From assembly GCF_009914755.1 (NCBI RefSeq), contig NC_060926.1: a stretch of 64,000 nucleotides of DNA. One strand, 5' to 3'. Below, one piece after another: positions 48,539-60,895 of the stretch. The notes beneath the pieces were generated by a model that was not told the origin of the DNA, did not search any database, and saw only the letters and a program-made list of their open reading frames with translations. The stretch is from the human T2T-CHM13v2.0 reference genome, Homo sapiens. Position 1 is the stretch's first letter. Each line of letters starts with the position of its first letter. Position numbers and translations under genes: made by a program.

Positions 48539-48866
48539 CAGCAGTCCCTAATTGCCATGGAAGGCAATTTTTCCACAGACCGGAGGTGGGAGAGGGGGGA
48601 TGGTTTCAGGATGAGACTGTTCCACCTCAGATCATCAGGCATTAGTTAGATTCTCATAAGGACTGTGCAACCTAGATCCCTCACATGCGCAGTTCACAAT
48701 AAAGTTCATGTTCCTATGAGAATCTAAGGTCGCTGCTGATCTGACAGGAGGCAGCGCTCAGGCGGTTATGCTTGTTTGCCTGTCACTCACCTCCTGCTGT
48801 GCTGCCCAGTTCCTAATAGGCCATAGACGGGTACCTGTACATGACCATGGTGGTGGGGGACTCCTG
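48539..48866. mobile_element. MER1B (hAT-Charlie)
   Basis: TIRs cagcagtccc / ggggactcctg; 8-bp TSD ccgtaaca / ctgtaata; diagnostic ctgttccacctcagatcatcaggcattagttagattctcataagg. Confidence 0.93.
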
Positions 48867-49036
48867 CTGTAATATCAACATCATGTGGCTGCAGCATTCA
48901 TTAGTGTTGTCTGCTAACTTTAATACAGTGATGCTATATCACTTTAATAATTATAAAATATGCAATATTGTAGGCTTTGCCTGCCTTCCCCTTTCTCATG
49001 TATTTGGGATAGAAATATTTTGTGGTCTTATATTCA

Positions 49037-49098
49037 AAGAAAGGAAAGGAAAAAAAGAAAGAAAGGAAGGAAGAGAGGGAAAGAAGGAAGTAAGGGAA
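49037..49098. repeat. GA-rich polypurine tract (GAAA/GGAA)n
   Basis: Directly visible. Confidence 0.85.
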
Positions 49099-49115
49099 GA
49101 CAGACATTAAAAGAG

Positions 49116-50032
49116 ATATTAGAAGAGCTGAATTTAGCCCCTCCAAAATTCAGAAATTGAATTTCTAACACCCAGCTCTTCGGAATATGACTGTATTTGG
49201 GGACAGGATTTTAAAAGAGGCAACTGTGTTAAAAATGAGGCTATTAGGGTGGTCCCTAACCCAATTTGACCAATGTCCTTATGAGAGGAGATTAGGAAGC
49301 TGTAGGGGAAGAAAACTAATTTTCACTCTACCCTACCGAGATTTTCTCTGGGACAGACCCCTGTAACAAAAGGCAGACTACCAAGAGAACAGCCAACAGA
49401 AGTTTATTGATGTGTATACTTCATAGATACCTGGTAAATGTCCACAGAAATGCATAAATCTCAAAGAGATGGCTTAGAGTTCAGGCTCACATATCATCTT
49501 CTGCTGAAGCAAATAAAGAGGATGTTAAGAGGCAAGTAATGGGGAAGTGACTAGGAAAGGCATGGTAAGCAGAGTAAGGTTTTCTATGCAGATTTATATT
49601 GGTGCCTTCTCCATTTATAAAAGTCTCTAGAGATTAGAATCTTTCTTCTCTTCTTGGTATAGAAGAGAGAGACACTCTTACAAATGGAGATTTCCTTACA
49701 AAAGGGTAACTTCTACTCTGCTTTCAGAGCTTCTCCTGTGTCTGCAGTTTCTCAAAGTAATCACCCCAAAATAATCTTTATGCCTAAGAGGCAGGACTTA
49801 AAATATCATATTCTCATCTAAAATGTACAGAGAAACACCAAGGGCACATGTACATGGAGGAACAAGCTCTTGTGAAGATGCAGCAAGTATGCAGCCCTCT
49901 GCAAGCCATGGAGAAAGACCTCATAGTAAACCAATTCTGCCAGCCCTAGATCTTGGACTGCCAGCCTGCAGAACTGGAAGAAAATACATTTCTATTGCTA
50001 TTTTGTTGTAGCAGCCCTAGCAAACTAATAGA
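49116..50032 (+). mobile_element. MLT1A/B solo LTR split by an ERV1 LTR
   Basis: gaatatgactgtatttggggacagg...ccctaacccaatttgaccaatgtccttat, resuming at ~49825 and ending gcagccctagcaaactaataga. Confidence 0.8.
49301..49815 (-). mobile_element. MER67/MER31-group LTR (ERV1)
   Basis: tgtaggggaagaaaa...gacccctgtaacaaaaggcagact...aagtttatt; caaatggagatttcc; aaaataatctttatgcc. Confidence 0.7.
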
Positions 50033-50656
50033 GATTTATAAATGTACTTTGCTCCAAATACCCTTAAAAGAGAGGGAAAAAAAGTTTTGTAGTTCAAGAC
50101 GAAAAATTTATTAACACCAAAGAACAAATTTACCTAGAAAATGTTTATTTATGGGAGAATAGAAATGAATTAAAATGACCTCAAGTATCAGAATTAGTTT
50201 TCTTTTGAAAATTCTCCTTTCAATGTCCAGAGCTTTGGGATTACCTAATCATGAGGAATCTCTTTCTGATGAATTAGAAACTAGATGCTGTCTCTATGGA
50301 AAAAACAATAGTAGAGAACCCCTTCTAAATTTCCATTTTGGAAAGCAATAACCTAGTTGGTTACTTAAGGGAACATTTCTTGAAAAACTAAAATATGTAT
50401 TTTTAAAGCAATATGTTCTAAAATTATCAAAATTATTCTAATATGTATGTCATATAATTGTATTAGTTATTAAATATTATAGAACATTTGTGAATACATA
50501 AAACAAGTTAAAATTGAATATAAAGCAAATGTATTGAATTCTTCATATCTTTTACTTGATTAGAATAAAAATGTTGTTTAACTTAAAAATAATCCAACAA
50601 TCTAATGTAAAAAAATAAATAAACTATGAACTAAACTTGTAATAAATTCTTCACAT

Positions 50657-50935
50657 GGCCAGGTGTGGTGGCTCATGCCTGCAATCCCAGTGGTTGGCAG
50701 TCCAAGTACTTTGGGAGGCCAAGGCAGGTAAATCAGTTGAGGTCAGGAGTTCAAGACCAACCTGGGCAACATAGTGAAACCCTGTCTCTACAAAAATACA
50801 AAACTGCTACTCGGGAGGCTGAGGCAGGAGAGTCACTTGAACCTGGGAGGTGAAGGGTTGCAGTGAGCTGAGATTGTGCCACTGCACTCCAGCTTGGGTG
50901 ACAGAGCAAGGCTTTGTCTCAAAAAAAAAAAAAAA
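50657..50935 (+). mobile_element. Alu (S/J) with a small insertion and an internal deletion
   Basis: Extra ~16 nt after aatcccag; the start of the right monomer is missing; A15 tail; TSD ttcacat. Confidence 0.92.
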
Positions 50936-50959
50936 TTCACATGAGAAATCTTACATATC

Positions 50960-52050
<1,091 letters not shown>

Positions 52051-52088
52051 TTTGGCTCATTATGAAGTAGTAATTAATAGGTAGTATT

Positions 52089-52976
52089 TATAAGTGGTAT
52101 TATGTAGTATTTGTCCTTCTGTAACTGGCTTGTTTCACTTAGCATCATGTCCTCTGGGTTCATCCATGCTGTAGCCAATGACAGAATTTCATTTTTAAAG
52201 GCTGAATAATATTTTATTGTATGTATATACTACATTTTTTTCCATTCATCCATTGATGGACATTTAGGTTGCTTCCATGTCTTGGCTATTTTGAATGATG
52301 CTACAATGAACACCGTAGTATAAATATCTCTTTGATTTCAATTCCAGAAGTGGAATTATTGAATCATATGGGATTATTGAATCATATGAATGAAAAATCA
52401 TATTTTTAATTATTTGCGGAACCTTCATACTGTTTTCCAAAGTGGCTGTTTCAATTTACAGTCCTATCAAGAGTGGACAAGTGTTGCTTTTTTTCTACAT
52501 CCTCACCAACTCTTGTTATCTTTTGGGCTTTTTGCTAACAGCCATCATAACAGGTGAGAGGTGATATCTCATGGTGGTTTTGATTTGCATTTCCCTGATG
52601 ATTAGTGATGTTGAGCAGCTTTTCATATACCTTTGGCCATGTGTATGTCTTCTTTACAAGTATGTTTATCAAGATCCTTTGGACATTTATTAATTGGATT
52701 ATTTGGGGTTTTTGCTATTGATTTGTAAGAGTTCTTTATGTCCTTTGGATATTAACTCATTATCAGCTATATGGTTTGAAAATATTTTCTGCTATTCTGT
52801 AGATTGTCTTTTTGTTTATTGTTTCTTTTGCTGTGCAGAAGCTTTGTAGTTTAATATAGTCCCACTTGTCTATTTGTCTATTTTTTGCTTTTGTTTTCTC
52901 TGATTTTGATGTTGTATAGAAGAAATCCTTGTGAAGACCAATATAAAGAAGATTTTCTCCAATTTTTTTCTTCTTT
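52089..52976 (-). mobile_element. L1MA (MA8/9-like) 3'UTR/ORF2 segment
   Basis: gtatttgtccttctgtaactggcttgtttcacttagc ... tttgctgtgcagaagctt. Confidence 0.85.
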
Positions 52977-53012
52977 TAAGTTTTGCCTATTTATTTCTAA
53001 GAATATAATTAT

Positions 53013-53317
53013 GGGTAAAGAAGGGGGGTGGCTAATGGGTACAAAAATATAGTTAGATAGAATGAATAAGATCTAGTATTTGATAGCATAACAGGGTAAC
53101 TACAGTCCACAATAATTTAGTGTACATAATAAAATAAAAGAATATAATTTATAATTGAGTTGTTTGTAACAAAAAGAAATGATAAATGCTTGAGGTGATG
53201 GATACCCCATTTACCCTAATGTGATTATTATGCATAGTATGCCTATACCAAAATATCTAATGTACCTAATAAAGATATATACCTACTATGCATTCCAAAA
53301 AATTATTTTTTTTAAAA
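53013..53317 (+). mobile_element. L1MA2/3 3' end
   Basis: aatgggtacaaaaatatagttagatagaatgaataagatctagtatttgatagc; 14-bp TSD aagaatataattat / aagaatagaattat (52999-53012, 53318-53331). Confidence 0.88.
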
Positions 53318-53409
53318 AAGAATAGAATTATACAATATATCTGGCTTCTTTTGGTCAATGTTACATCTGTGATAGTCACCTATGTTATTACTTGTAAGAA
53401 TAATTCATT

Positions 53410-53818
53410 ATTTTTTGACAAAAAATTATGTATATTATATATATTTAAGGTGTAATACCTGATGATTTGTTATGTATGTGCATTGTGAAATAATCACCAA
53501 AATCAAGCTAATTAACGTATTTATCACCTCACATAGTTACCATCTTCTCCATCTTTTCTCTCTCTGTCTCTGTGTGTGTGTGTGTGTGTGTGTGAACACT
53601 TAAAATCTACCCTCTTGACAAATTTCAAGTATATAATATAGTATTAACTACTTTCAAATTATTGTACATTAGACTTCTAGTAGCTATTCATCTTATTTAA
53701 GTGAAACTTTGTACCCCTTGACTAACATAGCCTTATTTTTTCCCTCCCTCAGCCCCTATTACCACCATTCTACTTACTACTTCTATGAGTTTAAGTTCTT
53801 TGAATTCCACATGTAAGT
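53410..53818 (-). mobile_element. L1MA8/9 extreme 3' end with an internal (TG)n
   Basis: cattgtgaaataatcaccaaaatcaagctaattaac...cacctcacatagttacc; (TG)12 at ~53571-53594. Confidence 0.85.
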
Positions 53819-53837
53819 AACAGTTATTTTCAGTAAA

Positions 53838-54300
53838 GCACTGGGAATCTTAGGTAGAGCAATTAGACATGAAAAAGAAATAAAAGCCATCCAAATTAGA
53901 TAGAAAGAAGTAACATTATATCTATTTGCAGATAACATGATCACATACATAGAAAACTCTAAAGATATGACAAAAAATACCTGGTAGAACTATTAAAGGA
54001 ATTCAATAAGTTGTAGGATTCAAAGTTAACAATACAAAATAGTCATGTCACAAACAACAAACTATCTGAAGAAAATTAAGAAAACAGTACCATTCATAAT
54101 AGCAACAAAAAGAAAAATATATTTAGGAATAAACTTAATGAAAGAGATGAAAGAGTTGTACACTGAAAATTATAAAATACTGGTGAAGGAAGTTAGAGAA
54201 GACACAGATAAATGGAAAACATCCCAAGCTCACAGATTGAAAGAGTTAATATTGGTAAAATGATAATCCTACTGAAAATGATCTACAGATTTAATGTAAC
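53838..54300 (+). mobile_element. L1M ORF2 RT-region fragment (sense)
   Basis: ctatttgcagataacatgatc (LFADxMI, the RT FADD motif region); peptide KIYLGINLMKEMKELYTENYK. Confidence 0.85.
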
Positions 54301-54305
54301 TGCTG

Positions 54306-54945
54306 TGCCCTATGTTTTTCCCAGAAGTTTTATGGTTTTAGGTCTTACATTTAAGTATTTATTTTGAGTTATTTTGTGTATGGTATGAGGATAAAATTTT
54401 AGTTTTTGCATGTGAGTCCAGTTTCTCACACTACTTATTGAAGAAACTATGCATTCCCTACTGTGTGCTCTTGGCACCTTTGTCAAAGATTCATTGATCA
54501 TATATGAATAGGCTTATTTCAGAACTATTTATTCTGCTTCCATTTATCTATATGTCTGTTTTTATGCCAGTACAATACTGCTTTGATTATTGTTGCTTTG
54601 TACTATCTTTTGAAATCAGAAAGTGTGGCACTTCCCACTTTGCTTTTTTATTCAAAATTGCTTTGGCAATTCAGGGTCTTGTGATTCCATATGAATTTTA
54701 TGATGTTTTTGACAATTTCTGTAAAAAAAAAATGGCATTCAGATTTTGATAGGGATTGAGTTGAGTATGTAATCGCATAAGGTAGTATGAACGTTTAAAA
54801 AAACGTTCATTCTTCCAATCCGTGAGCAAGGAATATCTTTCCACTTATTCGTGTTTGCTTTAATTTCTTTCATCAGTGTTTAATAGTCCACTGTATAGAT
54901 TTTTTTATTTGGTTAAGTTTACTCCTAAGTACTTTTTATGCTACT
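54306..54945 (-). mobile_element. L1MA ORF2 fragment (antisense)
   Basis: ttttatggttttaggtcttacatttaag ... ggttaagtttactcctaagtac. Confidence 0.85.
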
Positions 54946-57108
54946 GTTATAACTTTAGATACATTGTAGACAATAGTACTATATCCATATTTGTTTGGTG
55001 AAAATAAGTGAAGAAATCTCTGCTGTCTATTTATATGATGGGAATAAGTGAGGCAACCTCTGCTCTCTGTTCTTTAATTTGGCATTTTCATTTTCACTGG
55101 TGATAGTTACTTGAATTGCTGAGAATGTAATCAAATATAAATTAATCAGCCTCTTAAAGTACATGTCTAACCAATGAGACTACCTTGCCCTAAACAGAAC
55201 CGTAAGAAATCTCTAGTTCACCTTTCCTCCCATTGCCTTGGGTTCACAGATTAGGGAGATGTTAGAATATTCCCTCACAGACTTCCACCACAGCCCTCTC
55301 CAATCAGTGTATAATTGGCCAGTTTTCTAGGAGTGCCAGTGAAAATGAACAACAAATTCACTAACATCTAGGCTTTTTTATGATCAAAAATTACCTTTTG
55401 GAACTGTAAAATTTTGCTGATCAATATATAAAGGAACTTGAGATATGCTATGGCTCCAACTTTCTTAAACTAAAGCCTCAAATGCAAACATCTATAGGAA
55501 GCTGCCTAATTATGCAGTCCAGATCCCTTCAGGTTTCTATCTTTGCTGTGATTTTAGATGGACTACTATATTTATGCTTTTCTATTGATATCTCAAATTT
55601 CCTATGATGGTTTCTCTGTAGGATAACAGAGATAATAGGAAAAGTAGATATGCTATCATGAAGAAAAAAAATGGTGCTATTGAATACAATTGTGCTGGAC
55701 ATACAACTTAGCATAGTCCTTGCCATCCCCAGCTAGGAAGAAAAAAATAACCTTTAACATTAGGAGTGCAGAAAGAAACCTGAAAGCAAAGTGGATTGGC
55801 TTTAAAATATTCTGGTTCAGCAGGTAAAGCACTCACTTCACTTAAGAATCACATTTTATGACCCATAAGGATGTTTAGGTCTATATTTTATTTAGAACAT
55901 GGAGTATTTCTTTTAAATGCTTCTGTACTACAATGATGAGAAATTTAGACTCCTATTTGTCTTTTTATTAGAAATAGTTAGACATTAGTTAACTGATTAC
56001 AAAACCACAATTAATGACAAAGATACATTTAGATCTTTTTTATTTCAATAAATAATGCAGAAAAATAATGTCACCTAAATATAGCTATAATATAGATTTA
56101 ATCTCTCAATTATATAATCTTTTTCGTAAGAGAAAAATGTTGAGGTTAACAACTAATACCCTTTATGGGACTTGGCTTTTGTTAAAATAATATTTATGTG
56201 TTTTGTTCTGCTTTGTTTAAAAAAGCACACACACCACAAAATAAATCAAGACACAGAAACAAACCCACAAAAGAGAGAAAAAAACACAAAGATTTTACTT
56301 TATCTCTGGAATTCTAGATAAGTCTCAGGAATTCAAGCATAAGGACATGGATGAATTACAGTGAAACAGAATCTCCATCACAATAGCACTCAGGGAATTG
56401 AGAGTGGAGCAGAAGTTGTTCTTTACAGGCACTTTGCAATTTGTTAGTTCTTTTTAGATATATAGGCTTTCTATCAGACTTTTATGAGCTTTTCCTTATG
56501 TATAAAAACTTGGCAAACAGTTTCTGTGTGTGGGGGGGGGTGTACATTTCAATAAGTTTCAAAAGCAAAAAAAAATTCTACCAATAATACAATAACAAAG
56601 TTTAATATGAATCAGCATCATGAAAAAGTATCAACTCATTTACTGGGTCTGTTAACTTCAATTATTTATGATAGAACCATGACTCAAATGATGACAAAAT
56701 AAGTATCCAAGTTCAGAGTGAGACAGACTACTAAAAGAACAGCTATCCTATAGCTAATAAAAGGAACGATGAAAGATATGTGGACTATATATTCATTACT
56801 TGATATGAGAACAAGACAACTTGTGTAAACCTTTCAGTGACTAAGAGCATGTCCTCTTGGCCATGAGTAGAACTGGTCTTGCCAGGTGTAAACAAAGGCA
56901 GAGTCTACAGATGGAGATTAGAATGTTAAGGGAGAAAAGAGTTTTGTGTTGATGTCTATTAACACAAAACTATCTTGATTATTTAACCTAAAAAATAAAA
57001 ATCTATTATGGTTAGCAGAATAATATGTTTACAGAATAAGAAGTAAAGAAGTATAAATTCATTATACTATAGTACAATAGGAAGGAATTATAATCTAGAG
57101 ACTATTAG

Positions 57109-57477
57109 TGTCACCAGTGGTATTCTCCAGAAGCAGGGGCTGAAATGGAGTTTGGAGTGAAAGATGAGTTTAGGGATCAACCTCTATAAAAGGAAGAGGA
57201 AGACAGTAGCATTGGGCACAGGAAAATGCTGAAATACAATTTATGTGTCACCCAGCTTTGGCCAACTCAGCTCCAGTTCTAGAGCAAGTATTGCTATCAA
57301 AGCATCCTATGACAGGCTGAAATGGCTGGGCCTTATACCCTGTCTTAGTCAAGGGATGTAGGCTGCCAAGAAAGTGTGTAGTGTTTGCCAAAGGCTGCCT
57401 CCTGAGTGCACTGCCTCAATCCAAGCAGATTTTATTTTGAAAAAGGATCTGGACAGTTTAGTCCTGCATCTGCCACA
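57109..57477 (-). mobile_element. LTR16C-like solo LTR (ERVL)
   Basis: ttctccagaagcaggggctgaaatggagttt ... aatggctgggccttataccc ... ggatgtaggctgcc. Confidence 0.7.
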
Positions 57478-58396
57478 TCAAGCCTAGAAATTCCCCAAAG
57501 GAATCCTGCACTCTAATATCTAGGTCTTAATATCACAAAAATAATTTATACTTATTTTTCCTTCTTAATAAAAAAAGAGAAAACTATATTTAATATGATT
57601 TTCCCCCCCAAGATGATCACAAATGAAATGTACCAAATAAGCCACATAAAACTGAACTCACATGTAAAAAAATCTATAAATTCCGAAGAATAATTAAGAT
57701 GTTGAACGCTGAAAATATAGTATAAGGGAAATTGTTAAAGGAACAAAATATAATTTGGATGTCTTACTAACTATTAATATGTATGGTGAAATATCTATAC
57801 AAGTAACAATGAAAAGTGATTTTAATGTCACAGAATTTTCTATTTCTAACACTATAGCCATAGAAACATAGATGATACATTGATTACTAATACATGTCCC
57901 TTGCCATGATCAACAGTTCATAGGCTAATGCAGTAAAGAGACACATTAGCAAATAATGACAATAATATGCAATAACTGCATCTGGGAACACGGGTGCTAA
58001 GGAGTCATCTAGCCTAGGTCTGGGTTAGGGCAGTGTGCAGACATCATGAAAGACCTAATGAGAAAGGCTCTCCCAGCTCTCAGAATTTCCACTCGCAGTC
58101 ATCTACCACCAGGCAAAGAGCACAGGGTTTATCTTAAAGAAATGCAGAAAACTGTCTGAAGAACAATAAGGCTTCCAATACTAGCACCCCGACATAAAGC
58201 TCTACTTATTCTGGCATTTAGGAACCCATATTTCATCAACCTCAAAGCAATGCCTGATTGTTCTCACACCCCATTCAAGCCACATACACAGTTCACAGTC
58301 AAAATTCCACCTCAGGGGAAACAAACAAAAAAACCTAATTTGAATACTATATACAAAGTCTATGTATATGTGTGAGTGTGGATGTGTATACTCAAT

Positions 58397-58468
58397 CTCT
58401 CTCTCATGCACACACACACACACAGAGAAACATATATATATATACATATACACACACCTATATACACA

Positions 58469-58504
<36 letters not shown>
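58397..58504. repeat. Compound microsatellite (TC)(AC)(AT)(AC)(AG)
   Basis: Directly visible. Confidence 0.9.
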
Positions 58505-58529
58505 TCCCTACCCTCCTAAACTTCTTTCT

Positions 58530-60250
58530 TTTTAAAATATAAATGAACAAGGAAGGGTCATTAATATATGAGGAGAACCAAAAGAATTCAATACAGTGAT
58601 AAACAAAGACAGACAAATGAAAACTCACCACAAGGTAAAGAGAGAGAGAAAGAGAGATAAAGAATATAGTATAACTAATATTCTTCAGAGAGGTTTGAGA
58701 AAATATTACTTCCATATATCAAGAATAGGATGCTAGGAAGAGGGAATAATTATATAATAAGAAAGAATCCAAAGACAGTAAAAGTTTAATACCTAAAATT
58801 TAAAATGTCAGAAGGGGCTAGAATAAAAGTCAAGTAAATCTCCCAGAGCATACATGAAAAAGCAAAGATAGGAAATATGAGAAAAACACATAAAGGATTA
58901 ATCCAGGGAGTTCAACAATTTATCTTATAGGAGTTCCAAAAAGAGAAAAATGGACAGAAGAAAATAAAGGAATAATAAAGGATTATTTTCCAGCACTAAA
59001 GAAAGACAAGGCTTTAAACTAAAATGGACCATTCAAAAAGAACAAACCTTGATACGAGCTCATAAAATTTCAAATAACACTAAGAACAAAGAATAAAGAA
59101 AATATGTTAATAACTTCTTTTATATATATATATTTATTATACTTTAAGTTCTAGGGTACATGTGCACAATGTGCAGGTTTGTTACATATATATACATGTG
59201 CCATGTTGGTGTGCTGCACCCATTAACTCGTCATTTACATTAGGTATATCTCATAATGCTATCCCTCCCCCCTCCCCCCTCCCCCCACCCCAAAACAGGC
59301 CCTGGTGCATGATGTTCCCCTTCCTGTGTCCAAGGGTTCTCATTGTTCAATTCCCACCTATGAGTGAGAACATGCGGTATTTGGTTTTTTGTCCTTGAGA
59401 TAGTTTGCTGTACGAAAGAATGAGAATAAGACTGACATCCACTATCTCATCAAAAATAGTATGTCAAGAAAAATGGAGAAATTAGCTATAAAATATAGCA
59501 GAAATTTAAAATTCAATATTTAGAAATTATATCAATCAACTGTAAAAGCATTTTTCGATGTACAAAAGCTCAAAAAGTTAATTTTTCATACACCTTCTCT
59601 TAGAAGTTCCTTATGAAGTATGGACATTACGGCTGCAATTGAAGTATGGGTTAAGGATCAACAGAAATAAACCACAAACATAGACCTGCTGTAAATGTCT
59701 CATTTCTGTGGCAAAGGAAACAATTTAACAGAAGTGTCCACACAGAGCAGATGTAGCATGTATCTTTGTGTGGCTTCTGAACCTTTATCCCTGTGGGGCA
59801 CAGGGCTGCTGGTGAAACTCAGAATTCCTGCTAAGCTACTGTTCTTTTATACTATGATTTCATTTTCATACCAGAACTTAACCTCACCATCCATTGCACT
59901 TCTACTCAAAGAGGTCTTTAGAAAAATGATGCTTTCCCGGATTTTGAACCAAACTTAGTATAAGAATTTTTTTTCCTCAGAGACAAGCCGAGTAGGTGCC
60001 CAGGTATCCCTGAAAAATATTACTGCCCAACTTTCCAGAGTCTCAGGAAACCTGTCTTCTCATCATGTCACAGCCAAACAAAACAGAAGTAGTAAAAGAC
60101 CAAAGACATAAAATAGGGGAAGCAGTGAATCTAATCAAGGAAAGCAGTGAAGGTGAAGTTCCAGGACAGCATGAGTGCAGGTGCTGGAAGGGCACCAGGT
60201 CCAGTTCTGAACAGAAAAATGCAGAGCCATGGAGAGTCCCAGAAGAAAGA
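58530..60250 (+). mobile_element. HAL1-like ancient LINE (ORF1 and 3' region), interrupted twice
   Basis: ORF1-like aggagttccaaaaagagaaaaa...ttttccagcactaaagaaagac; HAL1-like 3' gtgaaggtgaagttccaggacag...caccaggtccagttctgaacag. Confidence 0.6.
59118..59410 (-). mobile_element. L1PA4/5 3' end (~290 bp)
   Basis: ttattatactttaagttctagggtacatgtgcac...cccattaactcgtcatttacattaggtatatc; tail converted to (TA)n; no TSD visible. Confidence 0.93.
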
Positions 60251-60589
60251 GAATTCTATACCTGTTTATAGTTTTGGGTTTTTTTTTACCCTTCCCTTTT
60301 TTTATTTTCATTTTTTTTTTAGTTGTCTGATGAGGGTAGACGTAGGTGAAATTGGAGACAATTTTTTGGATTTCTTATTAAGGAACAAGAGTTTGGACTT
60401 TGAACTGCTATTATTTCTTCTATTTTGTTATTTAGAATTAAGCATTATTGCTATTTTTGGTGTTTCACTCAGTCTAAACAGTAAAAAGATTGCATGCTCA
60501 AAATGATATAACTCAAGAAGACTTTACTAAAACGGGACAAATTATAAAAGTGTGATGGGCTAAAAAAAAAAAAAAAAAATCCACAAGAG

Positions 60590-60895
60590 ACAATAGAGAC
60601 CTGGAGCTAGCAGTAGCAGAGCTTGGCCCAGGAGATGATGGTGGAAGAAGTTATCAAACTCAGGAAGAGGAGAAATGCGTGCACAACAGCACACTGGGAA
60701 AGGAACAGTAATCTTTATTTAAGGTATATGACTGACCTAAGGGAAAGGGTCAGGAGAATAAATGCTAAACTTCACTATTGCCCTTCTCTATTTCCTGCTG
60801 AAACTCACTACAGCCAAACCCAGCTGGAAGCCAGTAGCCAGGGAAGTACAAGTGACAGTCTCCCCAGGAAAGAGAGGGTGGGGTTTGTCTAGAAA
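60590..60895. mobile_element. Old ERVL LTR fragment (LTR41/LTR33-like)
   Basis: tgacctaagggaaagggtcaggagaataaat...gccaaacccagctggaagccagtagccagggaag. Confidence 0.5.

Larger units (their letters stand above)
47250..48874 (+). mobile_element. ERV1 (MER4-group) solo LTR hosting LTR12 and MER1B
   Basis: tgaaaccaccc start; AATAAA then ctctttctctgctgcaacc...gtaaca end; 4-bp TSD tcaa at 47246-47249 and 48875-48878. Confidence 0.75.

Noticed and set aside
60147-60506. 119-aa ORF with hydrophobic, membrane-like segments
   Set aside because: The hydrophobicity comes from T-runs, and the ORF starts inside HAL1 sequence; no recognisable homology.
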